This document shows, one piece after another, positions 39,380-47,914 of a stretch of DNA of 64,000 nucleotides. A model generated the notes under the pieces. The model was given only the letters and a program-made list of their open reading frames with translations. It was not told the origin of the DNA and made no database searches. Within the stretch, counting starts at the first letter, position 1. Each line of letters opens with the position of its first letter. Both the position numbers and the translations under genes were made by a program. Source of the stretch: Candidatus Blackallbacteria bacterium (lineage in GTDB: Bacteria > Cyanobacteriota > Sericytochromatia > UBA7694); NCBI GenBank assembly GCA_051715345.1, contig JBPXJQ010000053.1, positions 102,478 to 166,477 of the forward strand, given 5' to 3'.

Positions 39380-39900
39380 TTAGCGGCGGCGGCGACTGCT
39401 GCTGCCGCTGCTGCTCCGGCTGCGACTAGAGGAACTGCCAAAACTGCTTCTGCTTGAGGAACCTGAGGAACTGCCAAAACTGCTGCCGCTCCGGCTGCGG
39501 TTGGAGCTGGAACCAAAGGTGGAGCCGGTAGAACTGCGGCTGCTGCTCGAACCAAACGAGGAGCCTGTGCTGCTGCGGTTGGAACTTGAGCCAAAACTGG
39601 ATCCACTGGTGCTGCCGGCTGTTGATCCTGCGGTCGAACCCGTTGTCCGGCTGCGGCTGGAAGAACTCCCAAAACTGCTGGTGCTGGTGCCTCCAGAGCC
39701 CACGGGCCGTTTATTGGTCGTCGTGCCGAAGCTGCTGCCTTTGACATTGGAGAGCGAATTGCGGGATTGATTCATGCCGCTGCGGGTGGTAGTTGTGGTT
39801 TTGCCAGTAGTGAAGCTGGTTTTGCTGCCCAAGCTGCCGCGGGTGCGGGTTGAGCCGCTGCCAAAGCCACTTGTGCGGTATTTTGTGCGGTAGGCGCTGC
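39380..39900. repeat. Imperfect tandem repeats (about 39-42 nt period) encoding the SR/SG-rich tail
   Basis: Recurrent GGAACTGCCAAAACTGCT / GCTGCGGTTGGA units visible in the sequence. All three forward frames and the antisense are open, which is typical of low-complexity repeats. Confidence 0.6.
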
Positions 39901-40498
39901 TGCTCAAACGACCGCGGTAGGAGCTAAATGGCACGACACGTCCGCCTCTATAATAACTGGGGTAATAGCCCCGGTAATAAGGGGGGTGGTAGAAACGAGG
40001 GCGGGCCATATCAAAGAGCCAGGCTGCCAGCAAAATTTCTCCCAGTGGGAAATGATTGCGATAGACCGTGTTGGGGGGATAATAATTGGGGTTGCCCTGT
40101 ACCGCCACTTCGGCCTGTTGGGCATTTTGGCTGATCATGACCTGGGCCACATCGCTGCGCTCGTTGTTTTCGTTGGTAAAGAGCACAAATCCACGTTGAT
40201 CGCCTTCGCGGAACTCTTCGACGTTGATATAGTCAATATTGCCATCATTGTTTAAATCCAGGTTGTTCACCCCAGATTCATTCAGCGTTTTTTCCAGGGC
40301 TTCACCGTTTTTGGCTTCGCGGACCAAAGCGGGCAATTGACTCAGGTCCAAGCCATCACCTACGTTATTGGCAACCACAGAGACATCTTGGTTTTGTTTG
40401 GGGCGATAGGTGTGTTTTTCTTCTTTGCCTTTGCATCCAGTCAGAACATTTAGGCTGAGAGAGAGTCCCAGGGCCAGTGTGGCAAGTGGTTTCAGCAT
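39380..40498 (-). CDS. Lipoprotein with C-terminal Ser/Gly/Arg/Thr-rich tandem-repeat tail (repeat unit about 13 aa, SSFGSSSNRSxTG)
   Basis: Signal peptide plus lipobox LTGC at Met 40498, with AAGGAG Shine-Dalgarno 6 nt upstream. N-terminal globular part (NNDGNIDYINVEEF). Last about 180 aa are S/G/R/T low complexity with about 39-nt periodic DNA repeats. Confidence 0.6.
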   Translation of the reverse strand: MLKPLATLALGLSLSLNVLTGCKGKEEKHTYRPKQNQDVSVVANNVGDGLDLSQLPALVREAKNGEALEKTLNESGVNNLDLNNDGNIDYINVEEFREGDQRGFVLFTNENNERSDVAQVMISQNAQQAEVAVQGNPNYYPPNTVYRNHFPLGEILLAAWLFDMARPRFYHPPYYRGYYPSYYRGGRVVPFSSYRGRLSSSAYRTKYRTSGFGSGSTRTRGSLGSKTSFTTGKTTTTTRSGMNQSRNSLSNVKGSSFGTTTNKRPVGSGGTSTSSFGSSSSRSRTTGSTAGSTAGSTSGSSFGSSSNRSSTGSSFGSSSSRSSTGSTFGSSSNRSRSGSSFGSSSGSSSRSSFGSSSSRSRSSSGSSSRRRR

Positions 40499-40645
40499 CG
40501 GTTTCTCCTTGGCTTTCAACTTCGATCAACAAGACTTATTTATTCAGACAATTTGAGCGGGATTTTTGTTCAGATTGTCCCGCTTTTAACAAGCTCATCC
40601 TAACACAAAACCCCAGCGGATTTCACCTGTCTTTCTATCCCCTGA

Positions 40646-41554
40646 TTATTCTGTGTATTGGGCTTGGTTTCCGCCCTTTGATTCGGCATTCAGACGTGCT
40701 GAAGTGGCTTTTTGCAGCAGCTCATTGAGGTCATTTGCATGATTCGGATAGATAGCCAGCCCGATGCTGGCGGTGATATGGATCTCTCTTCCCATGATTT
40801 TAAAGGGATCAGATAGCTGAGCCAAGATTTGCTGAGCTTTGTGAATCAGATTTGAAGAAAGAGGATCGGTGGGTAAAAAGCAGAGAAATTGATTGGTTTG
40901 TAAATAGAATAAACTGTTTTGAGCTTGGAAATTATTTCTCAAGCGGTCAGCAACCCCTTTGAGGACAATATTGACAAGCGCTTCAGGCTGATTACTGCTA
41001 AAATCTTTGAATTGATCTATGGCCAAGACCATGACGGCCAACGCGGAATGGGTTTGGGTGCGCTCTAAAAAGCTTTCACTGAGGCGATTGCGATTGGGCA
41101 AATTGGTAATATTGTCATAGTTCAGGCTGCGATCCAATTTTTGATCTGCAACTTTGAGTTCGGCTTCGAAACGGGCCAAAAAAGAGGTTTGTTTTTCTAA
41201 ACGCACGGCAACAGCTTGGGATAATTGCTTGTAATTAAAGGGTTTTGTCAGATAATCATCGGCTCCCAGATTCATGCCTTGCCGCAAATACTTCATTTCG
41301 TCCAATCCAGTCAAAAATAGAAACGGTGTGTGCTGTAACTGCGCATCTTTGCGAATCGTTTCCAAAACATGCCAGCCATCCAGATCAGGCATCTCGACAT
41401 CACAGATAATGAGATCTGGTTTTAGGGCTTGGGCTTGAGAAATTCCCTCTTCACCGCCGAGGGCTGTGAAAACATCATAGCCATCTTCTTCTAAAAAAGA
41501 CTGAACCAGATCGAGGATGCCCGCATCATCATCAATCGCAAGCAATTTATACAT
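40646..41554 (-). CDS. Response regulator: REC domain plus degenerate GGDEF domain (WspR/PleD-like but GG[DE]EF replaced by QTNQF)
   Basis: REC: LLAIDDD...DLIICDVEMPDLDG...FLFLTG...ADDYLTKP. GGDEF fold start DNITNLPNRNRL present, but active-site position reads FYLQTNQFLCFLP. Start at 41554 (AGGAGA Shine-Dalgarno). Confidence 0.75.
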   Translation of the reverse strand: MYKLLAIDDDAGILDLVQSFLEEDGYDVFTALGGEEGISQAQALKPDLIICDVEMPDLDGWHVLETIRKDAQLQHTPFLFLTGLDEMKYLRQGMNLGADDYLTKPFNYKQLSQAVAVRLEKQTSFLARFEAELKVADQKLDRSLNYDNITNLPNRNRLSESFLERTQTHSALAVMVLAIDQFKDFSSNQPEALVNIVLKGVADRLRNNFQAQNSLFYLQTNQFLCFLPTDPLSSNLIHKAQQILAQLSDPFKIMGREIHITASIGLAIYPNHANDLNELLQKATSARLNAESKGGNQAQYTE

Positions 41555-41752
41555 GATCTTTCTCCTGAACATAACATATAGGCATTTTCAGGGCATGGTA
41601 ACAAAAAAACAAGTCCCTCAATCTATCATTTTGGCGCAGTTCAGTTGAACTGTGAGCTGCAAAATGGGGATGCAAGCGAATAGATGTAACAAAATTTGAC
41701 CTTTGCGGCTAACAGGAATATGATAGATGTCATCAGTATAGACTGCATTTAT

Positions 41753-41820
41753 GGTGATAATTTCGTGATAAAAATGTCGTGATAAAAATACTGTAATAAA
41801 AATGCCGTAAAGAACCATGC
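41753..41820. repeat. Array of five 14-bp direct repeats, GTGATAAAAATNNN consensus
   Basis: Units read GTGATAATTTC / GTGATAAAAATGTC / GTGATAAAAATACT / GTAATAAAAATGCC / GTAAAGAACCATGC in phase. Located about 115-180 bp upstream of the HK gene at 41933, in the divergent promoter region. Confidence 0.6.
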
Positions 41821-41932
41821 AAAAAATAACCCAAAACGAATGCTGACAATAGGTCTAAAATAGGGGAGCCCCAAAACGAATTTTTTAAAGCTGCTTGCTG
41901 TACCTAATGTTTGCCTTCCTGAAGAGGATTTA

Positions 41933-42829
41933 ATGAGCTCGGGCAATTTCGATTTATATTCAGATCCAGATCAACTTCGGGTTTTATATCAGGAACTTGA
42001 AGCTAAATACCAACAACAAACCAACTATATCCAGTCCCTCGAGGCAACCAACGCCGAGCTATTGCTGAAACTTGAAACAAGTCAGAGAAATGCGTCTCTT
42101 GATGCGGGTTCACATCAAGAAATGGAGCTTAAAAACCAGGAGTTGGAACAGTTTACCTATATTGCCTCGCATGATCTACAAGAACCTTTGCGCAAAATCA
42201 AAAATTTCAGCGAAATGCTGAAGGAACACAGCCAGGCCCACTTGGATGCGCGCTCGCTGAAATATATGAACTACATTATTGATGGCACAGAGCGGATGCA
42301 GGCCCTGCTGCAAAACCTGTTGATTTACTCGCGTTCGATGCGCAATGCGCCTCAACAACGCTTGAATCTGGAGGTCCCTTTGCAACAGGCCTTGGAAGAT
42401 TTGGAATTGAGGATTCAAGAATCCCAGGCTGAAATTCAGATCCAAAGACCCTTGCCCGTGGTGAAAGCCAATCCAACTCAAATGTGTCAATTGTTTCAAA
42501 ACTTGATTAGCAATGCGCTCAAGTTTTGTGCTGGCCCTCCGCAGATTCAGGTTGAATGGCAGCAAGAAACCGATCATTGGTTGTTTGTTGTCCGGGATAA
42601 CGGAATTGGCATGGCCGCTGAAGATACCCGTGCTATTTTTGATGCCTTTCACAGGCTTCACAATAAAAATGAGTATCCGGGTACAGGAATTGGCTTGGCG
42701 ATTTGCCAAAAAATTATTTTGCAACACAATGGAAAAATCTGGGCTGAATCAACTTTGGGAAAAGGCAGTGCTTTTTTCTTTTGCTTGCCCATTTTGAAAG
42801 AGGAAGAGTCGATACATGCTGCTGAGTGA
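41933..42829 (+). CDS. Soluble histidine kinase (coiled-coil plus HisKA of phytochrome/cyanobacterial type plus HATPase_c), no sensor or TM domain
   Basis: H-box FTYIASHDLQEPLRKI. N-box NLISNALKF. G-boxes DNGIGM, GTGIGLAICQKII. Confidence 0.85.
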   Translation: MSSGNFDLYSDPDQLRVLYQELEAKYQQQTNYIQSLEATNAELLLKLETSQRNASLDAGSHQEMELKNQELEQFTYIASHDLQEPLRKIKNFSEMLKEHSQAHLDARSLKYMNYIIDGTERMQALLQNLLIYSRSMRNAPQQRLNLEVPLQQALEDLELRIQESQAEIQIQRPLPVVKANPTQMCQLFQNLISNALKFCAGPPQIQVEWQQETDHWLFVVRDNGIGMAAEDTRAIFDAFHRLHNKNEYPGTGIGLAICQKIILQHNGKIWAESTLGKGSAFFFCLPILKEEESIHAAE

Positions 42830-43292
42830 TATGTCCCCCGTTTCCAAAAAATGCCAAGTTTTGGTGATCGAAGACGAACCGATTGATTTGGCTTTGATTC
42901 AACAGGTGATTGAAACTGAAGAAATACCGGTTCATCTGATCCCCTTTGACAATGGAGAAGGGGCTATCCAATATTTGGAGCAAACCTCACCTCAAGCCCC
43001 TATTCCGGAACTGATTCTGCTGGACCTCAAATTGCCGGGAATTCAGGGCCTTGAAATTTTAAAAATGATCCGTTCTGATGCGCGCTTTTGCATTATTCCG
43101 ATCGTTATCTTAACAGCCTTGGAGTCACCTGCCGTAATTCTAGAGGCTTACCGCTTGGGCTGTAATTGTTATATTAAGAAACCCTTAGCTCCCAAAATCT
43201 TAGCAGCCACGGTGATGGCAATTTTTGATTTCTGGCTGAATTTTGCGATTTTGCCCGAAGCAGAAGGAATAGCGTGGAACCATGCCTCATAA
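42816..43292 (+). CDS. Single-domain response regulator (CheY/Rcp1-like)
   Basis: VLVIEDEPIDLALI...LILLDLKLPGIQG...IPIVILTA...CYIKKP. Overlaps upstream HK stop. Confidence 0.8.
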   Translation: MLLSDMSPVSKKCQVLVIEDEPIDLALIQQVIETEEIPVHLIPFDNGEGAIQYLEQTSPQAPIPELILLDLKLPGIQGLEILKMIRSDARFCIIPIVILTALESPAVILEAYRLGCNCYIKKPLAPKILAATVMAIFDFWLNFAILPEAEGIAWNHAS

Positions 43293-43782
43293 TTCCACGC
43301 TTTCTCCGGCCTTACATGTCCTGTTGGTGGATGATGACGAAGGCGATGCCTTTATCATTGAAGACCTTTTAGAGGAAATTGAATCGGATATTCAGCTCAG
43401 TCGGGTCTCTGATGGCTTAGAGGCGATGGCCTTTTTGCAACAAAATCCGCCCTACCAGACGGCCAAAATACCCGATTTGATCTTGTTGGATTTAAATATG
43501 CCGCGTATGGACGGTCGCCAGGTCTTAAAGGCGATCCGTGAAAACCAGAACCTGTGTCATCTGCCCGTGGTGATTTTGACCACCTCAGATGCCCGGTTTG
43601 ATATCAACCATTCGTATCTGGAGGGGGGGAATTGTTATATTATCAAACCTTCGGGTATTCAAAAATTGATGAATATGTTAAAAAATATGAGTCATTTTTG
43701 GGGACAGATAGCCCAATTGCCCAAGCCCTCTTTTGGCTCCAGATCGGCCCCCAGTCCTTCATCCGATGCCTCTGAACCATGA
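43282..43782 (+). CDS. Single-domain response regulator (CheY/Rcp1-like) with S/P-rich tail
   Basis: VLLVDDDEGDAFII...[13 protein letters not shown]...VVILTTS...CYIIKP. Confidence 0.8.
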   Translation: MPHNSTLSPALHVLLVDDDEGDAFIIEDLLEEIESDIQLSRVSDGLEAMAFLQQNPPYQTAKIPDLILLDLNMPRMDGRQVLKAIRENQNLCHLPVVILTTSDARFDINHSYLEGGNCYIIKPSGIQKLMNMLKNMSHFWGQIAQLPKPSFGSRSAPSPSSDASEP

Positions 43783-44240
43783 CGATTTCTGTGATCTTTG
43801 AGGTGGGGGCCTTGTTCTGTGCCTTGCCGCGCGATGAGGTCAAAGAGATTTTGCCTTTGCCCAGCTTGGTGTTGGTGCCGGGGATGCCTGTGACTTTGGC
43901 TGGTTTTGTTCAATTGGATCGGCAGTATCTGCCGGTGGTGGACCTGCGCTTTTTATTTCACACGACGGTTCAGGCCTTGACGATAGACCAACACCTGCTG
44001 CGTTTGGCGAATCATTCCTGGCTCTGTTTGGTGGATCGGGTTTTAGAATTGGCCCCATTGCCAGTATCGGAGCCCCTGAAGCCCGAACAGAGTTTCAATG
44101 ACTGGGTGATGGGGCTGAGTTATTATCAAGGGCATGAGATTGCTCTGCTGGATATCAATCAGATTTTGCTCAAGGAAGAGCAAATGCGGATGACGTCTTT
44201 GCAGAAAATGTTACAGGCTCGTTTGCAGGCGCTGGAGTAA
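43779..44240 (+). CDS. CheW-like coupling protein
   Basis: CheW-domain pattern FALPRDEVKEILPLP...PGMPVTLAGFVQLDRQYLPVVDLRFLF. Confidence 0.65.
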   Translation: MTISVIFEVGALFCALPRDEVKEILPLPSLVLVPGMPVTLAGFVQLDRQYLPVVDLRFLFHTTVQALTIDQHLLRLANHSWLCLVDRVLELAPLPVSEPLKPEQSFNDWVMGLSYYQGHEIALLDINQILLKEEQMRMTSLQKMLQARLQALE

Positions 44241-44248
44241 AAGATGCC

Positions 44249-45700
44249 ATGACACGCCCTTTTTCCCCACTTGACGCTTCTGATTCTGCAGGCTTTGAAC
44301 AGCTCAAAGCCTATGTTGTGGAGCAGACCGGCTTGGCTTATTACTGCAACAAAGACCGTGAATTGGCCTATAAATTCTCCCGGCGTATGGAAAAAAATCA
44401 GCTGACGGATTACCGGGATTATCTCACCCATTTACAAGCTGAAGCAGGAAAAGAAGAACGGGAGCTTTTGATTCAAGAGCTCACAATTGGTGAAACTTAT
44501 TTTTTTCGGTATCAGGAACAGTTTGATGCTGTGCGCGATCAACTTTTGCCTGAGCTGATCAAGGGGAGCTGTGCTGATCGTCAGCGTCTGTCTGTCTGGA
44601 GTGCGGGCTGTGCCACAGGCGAAGAAATTTATTCATTGGCCATTCTTTTAAACAGTGCTTTTCCCCAATTGCAGAGCTGGGATGTGAGCCTCTTGGGCAC
44701 AGATATCAACCGCGATTTTCTCAGGCAGGCCGAAAAAGCCGTCTATCGCAAATGGGCTTTGCGCAACAGTTCTGACGCGTTTTTGCAGCAGCATTTTCTC
44801 AAACAGGATCAGGAATGGCATTTATTGCCGAGCTATCGCAAAGGGGTCCAATTTCGGGCCCACAACCTGATTCTTGATGATATCGCGGCTTTGATTCCGG
44901 TTGGCGGTTTTGATTTGATTTTTTGTCGCAATGTTTTGATTTATTTTGATCAAGAAACCTACCGGCGTTTAATTGCTGCTTTTTACCGGGCTTTAAAGCC
45001 CGGAGGCTGGTTGGTTTTGGGACCGGCAGAACTCACCCCTCTCTCTTGTGAGCCCTTTTCCCCCCACGCCCTTTCGCGCTTGAGTTGTTTCCGAAAAGAA
45101 GAGCCCGTGCCGAGCACTGAAGTAGCTGCTTTTTCTGCCCCCGCTTCATCTTTGTCGGCCCCCGCATTTCCCGACCCTTTCGCAGTTCCTGAGCTGCCTG
45201 TTTTTCCTTGGCAAACCCAGTTTGCACCGATCCCCTCTGGCTTGCCTCTGGCCCATTCTCCCCTCACAGAGCGGCTGATTCCCATTCCTGTGCAACCCAG
45301 CTTGCAATCCGAAGCCCTGAATACGATTCGAAGTCTGGCCGATCAAGGTCAATTGGAGGCCGCTGAGGCCCTCTGTCGCCAATTTTTGGCCCAGGAGCCC
45401 CTGCATGTTTCGTGCCACTATTATTTGGCTTTGGTGCTCAGTGCCAAGGGACAGTCCGCTGATGCTTTGCAGACCTTAAAACAGGTCTTATACTTGGATC
45501 ATAAACATATTTTGGCCCATTATCATCAGGGCTTGCTTTTTCAACAAATGGGTCAAATGCCCGCTGCCCGCAAAGCTTTTCGCAATGCCTTGGGCTTGCT
45601 CAACACCCAGCAAGAAGACTGTTCGTTGCCTGATTCACAAGAGTGGACCGTTGCCCAATTGAAGGCCTTGCTACTTATGCAGCAGAAGGAGATGGCCTGA
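44249..45700 (+). CDS. cheR: Chemotaxis methyltransferase CheR with C-terminal TPR repeats (WspC-like)
   Basis: CheR all-alpha N-domain. SAM-binding region ETYFFRYQEQFD...RLSVWSAGCATGEEIYSLAILL...IFCRNVLIYFD. C-terminal 120 aa has TPR-like helices (CHYYLALVLSAKGQSADALQ...AHYHQGLLFQQMGQ). Confidence 0.85.
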   Translation: MTRPFSPLDASDSAGFEQLKAYVVEQTGLAYYCNKDRELAYKFSRRMEKNQLTDYRDYLTHLQAEAGKEERELLIQELTIGETYFFRYQEQFDAVRDQLLPELIKGSCADRQRLSVWSAGCATGEEIYSLAILLNSAFPQLQSWDVSLLGTDINRDFLRQAEKAVYRKWALRNSSDAFLQQHFLKQDQEWHLLPSYRKGVQFRAHNLILDDIAALIPVGGFDLIFCRNVLIYFDQETYRRLIAAFYRALKPGGWLVLGPAELTPLSCEPFSPHALSRLSCFRKEEPVPSTEVAAFSAPASSLSAPAFPDPFAVPELPVFPWQTQFAPIPSGLPLAHSPLTERLIPIPVQPSLQSEALNTIRSLADQGQLEAAEALCRQFLAQEPLHVSCHYYLALVLSAKGQSADALQTLKQVLYLDHKHILAHYHQGLLFQQMGQMPAARKAFRNALGLLNTQQEDCSLPDSQEWTVAQLKALLLMQQKEMA

Positions 45701-45702
45701 CC

Positions 45703-46290
45703 GTGAACATCGATTGGCAAGAAATCAATGAGCGGCTGGTTCTGAGTCAAAGCCAACTGGCTGACCTCAATTCGCGTGATATTCAACACTGGCCAGATTT
45801 ACTCGAACGCCGCGCCCGGCAATTGGCTGAACGCACGTCGCTTAAGCTAAAATCTCTCAAAACGACCTATCTGGTCTGGCTGATGCAGTCCGAGTATTAT
45901 GCTGTGCCCTTGTACCAGCTCAAAGAGGTGGCGCCGTTTAAGACCTGTACTTTTTTGCCCTTGGCGCCAGCCGCTTTATTGGGGGTGTATAACCAGCGCG
46001 GTGTGATGATTTCGGTCTTGGAATTTGCCGCTTTGCTGGATCTTCCTCAGCTCTCAGACAACGGGGGGGAGGGCTATCTGCTGTTTTTACGCAGCACCCC
46101 CCCTGTGGCCCTGCGGGTAGATGCCCTTTCGGACTTTATCCACTTGGATGATGCTGAACTCACCCCCTGTCCCCAGGTTCCTTATATCAAGGGCCTGGCT
46201 GGGGATGTTCAGGTCTTAAATCTTTCGGTTTTGAGTCAACACTCACTTTTGCAGAATCTCGCTTTACCAACCCACCAAGAACAGGAGTAA
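45703..46290 (+). CDS. cheW: CheW-like coupling protein
   Basis: GTG start 2 nt after cheR stop with GGAG Shine-Dalgarno. The in-frame ATG at 45643 would overlap cheR by 58 nt. CheW pattern YLVWLMQSEYYAVPLYQLKEV...LLGVYNQRGVMISVLEFAALLD. Confidence 0.65.
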   Translation: MNIDWQEINERLVLSQSQLADLNSRDIQHWPDLLERRARQLAERTSLKLKSLKTTYLVWLMQSEYYAVPLYQLKEVAPFKTCTFLPLAPAALLGVYNQRGVMISVLEFAALLDLPQLSDNGGEGYLLFLRSTPPVALRVDALSDFIHLDDAELTPCPQVPYIKGLAGDVQVLNLSVLSQHSLLQNLALPTHQEQE

Positions 46291-46294
46291 AACA

Positions 46295-47914
46295 ATGGAT
46301 CAGAAACAGGGGATCATGTCTGGCCGACAAAGTGTGGGTGTTAAATTGGCGCTGATTCCGGTTATTTTTATTCTCGCGATTGGTTTTATTCTGAGTTATG
46401 TGGTCATGTCGCAGTACGAGCGGCGCAGTGATGCTGAGGTAATCCATGTGGTGGTGCGGCAGCGGGCCTTAAACCAGTGGTATGCCAAAGATTTGTTTTT
46501 GGCCAGTCTCAAACAGAAAAATGATTATGGCTATTGGCGCGACCTATTTATAGGGACGACCGAGTCGCTGCTGGCGGGCGGAGAGATCTTGGTTAAGGTG
46601 AACAGCAAAGATACCTTTCGTGTTGAGCCTGCGCCGACGGCTGAGATTCGCCTCAAGCTGCAAGAGACCAAAAAATTAATCCAAAAAATAGCCGATCAAG
46701 AAGGGACTTTTTTGGCCATATCTCCCCAATCACCCCAGTTTGGCCGGAAGGTTGCGGAGATTGAAAAAATAATCAATGAGTTGCATGAAGTTACCCGAGA
46801 TACGGCGGATCTCTATACACAACATGCGCAAAATAAAATCGATGAAATGATTCGCAATGTCATTCTGATCAGCCTGGTGGTCGCTGTCTTGGGATTGTTG
46901 CTCAATTGGCTGATTTCACGGGCGATCAGTCTGCCTCTGCTCAATCTGGCTGAACAGGCCAAAAAAGTCGCCAATGGCGATCTCAGTGGCGAGGCGATAG
47001 AGGTGCGCTCCCAAGACGAAGTGGGCCAACTCACCCACTCCTTTAATCAGATGAAATCGGGGCTGCGGGAGATCACCCAACAAAATATTCTCGGCATTCG
47101 CAGCTTAACGGCCTCGACGTCTGAAATCATGGCTTCGACCCAACAGCAATCGGCCAGCACACAGGAGCAGGTCACTGCCTTGCAGGAGACCACAGCCACC
47201 ATGGAAGAAGTCCGGCAAAGCGGCGCTCAGATTTCAGAAAGGGCCCGGCACGTGGCAGCAGAGGCCGAAGCCACTGTCAATATTACCGAAAAGGGTCTCA
47301 AATCTGTGACGGAGACCGTGACCGATATTGAAGGGATCCGTTTTCAGGTCAATCAGGTGGCCGAAAATATCGTCAACCTCAGCGAAAAGAACCGCGCCGT
47401 CGGAGATATTATTGCCCTGGTCACGGAGGTGGCAGAGCAGTCCAATTTGCTCGCGCTCAATGCGGCAATTGAAGCGGCTGCAGCCGGTGAGCAGGGGCGC
47501 AGTTTTTCGGTGGTGGCCAATGAAATGAAACATTTGGCCAATCAGGCCAAAGACTCGACCCGCCAAGTCCGTACGATTCTCGAAGATATTCAGCGCGGCA
47601 TTGGCAAAGCTGTAATGTTGACCGAAGAGGCTGTTAAAAAGGTCGAAAAAGGCCGCAAGCAGATGGATGTCTCTGAAAGTACCATCCGGCATATGGCGGA
47701 TACCACACAGCAGAGCATTCAGGCCTTTCAACAAATTGTGGCGGCCACCAACCAGCAGCAATTGGGCTTTGAACAGGTCTTTCAGGCTTTGCTGGATATT
47801 CGCCAAAGCACAGAGCAAACGGCTGCGGGCACCCAACAATTGAATCAGGCCAGCGGTTCGCTCAACCGCATGGGACAAGAGCTGCAGCAATTGGTGGCGA
47901 GGTACCATCTGTGA
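46295..47914 (+). CDS. Methyl-accepting chemotaxis protein (two TM helices, about 170-aa periplasmic domain, HAMP, MA signalling domain)
   Basis: TM1 LALIPVIFILAIGFILSYVV. TM2 VILISLVVAVLGLLLNWLI. HAMP then highly conserved hairpin EQSNLLALNAAIEAAAAGEQGRSFSVVANEMKHLANQ. Confidence 0.9.
   Translation: MDQKQGIMSGRQSVGVKLALIPVIFILAIGFILSYVVMSQYERRSDAEVIHVVVRQRALNQWYAKDLFLASLKQKNDYGYWRDLFIGTTESLLAGGEILVKVNSKDTFRVEPAPTAEIRLKLQETKKLIQKIADQEGTFLAISPQSPQFGRKVAEIEKIINELHEVTRDTADLYTQHAQNKIDEMIRNVILISLVVAVLGLLLNWLISRAISLPLLNLAEQAKKVANGDLSGEAIEVRSQDEVGQLTHSFNQMKSGLREITQQNILGIRSLTASTSEIMASTQQQSASTQEQVTALQETTATMEEVRQSGAQISERARHVAAEAEATVNITEKGLKSVTETVTDIEGIRFQVNQVAENIVNLSEKNRAVGDIIALVTEVAEQSNLLALNAAIEAAAAGEQGRSFSVVANEMKHLANQAKDSTRQVRTILEDIQRGIGKAVMLTEEAVKKVEKGRKQMDVSESTIRHMADTTQQSIQAFQQIVAATNQQQLGFEQVFQALLDIRQSTEQTAAGTQQLNQASGSLNRMGQELQQLVARYHL

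Noticed and set aside
39364-39770. Overlapping ORFs 39364..39747 (-) and 39501..39770 (+) with poly-Ala and Leu/Pro-rich products
   Set aside because: These are alternative frames through the periodic SR-repeat DNA, and any frame stays open there. The frame with a lipoprotein signal peptide and a strong Shine-Dalgarno is the credible one.
41753-41820. Possibility that the 14-bp repeat array is a CRISPR
   Set aside because: Repeats are only 14 bp, abut each other without spacers, and no cas genes occur in the window.
41618-41946. Two small minus-strand ORFs (66 and 65 aa) in the divergent intergenic region
   Set aside because: They are built from the 14-bp A/T-rich direct repeats, and no Shine-Dalgarno is present. 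More likely regulatory DNA than genes.
45643-45702. ATG-initiated N-terminal extension of the second cheW
   Set aside because: It would overlap cheR by 58 nt in another frame. A GTG with a GGAG Shine-Dalgarno sits 2 nt after the cheR stop in the same frame.
47234-47908. 224-aa minus-strand ORF
   Set aside because: Antisense to the highly conserved MCP signalling domain.
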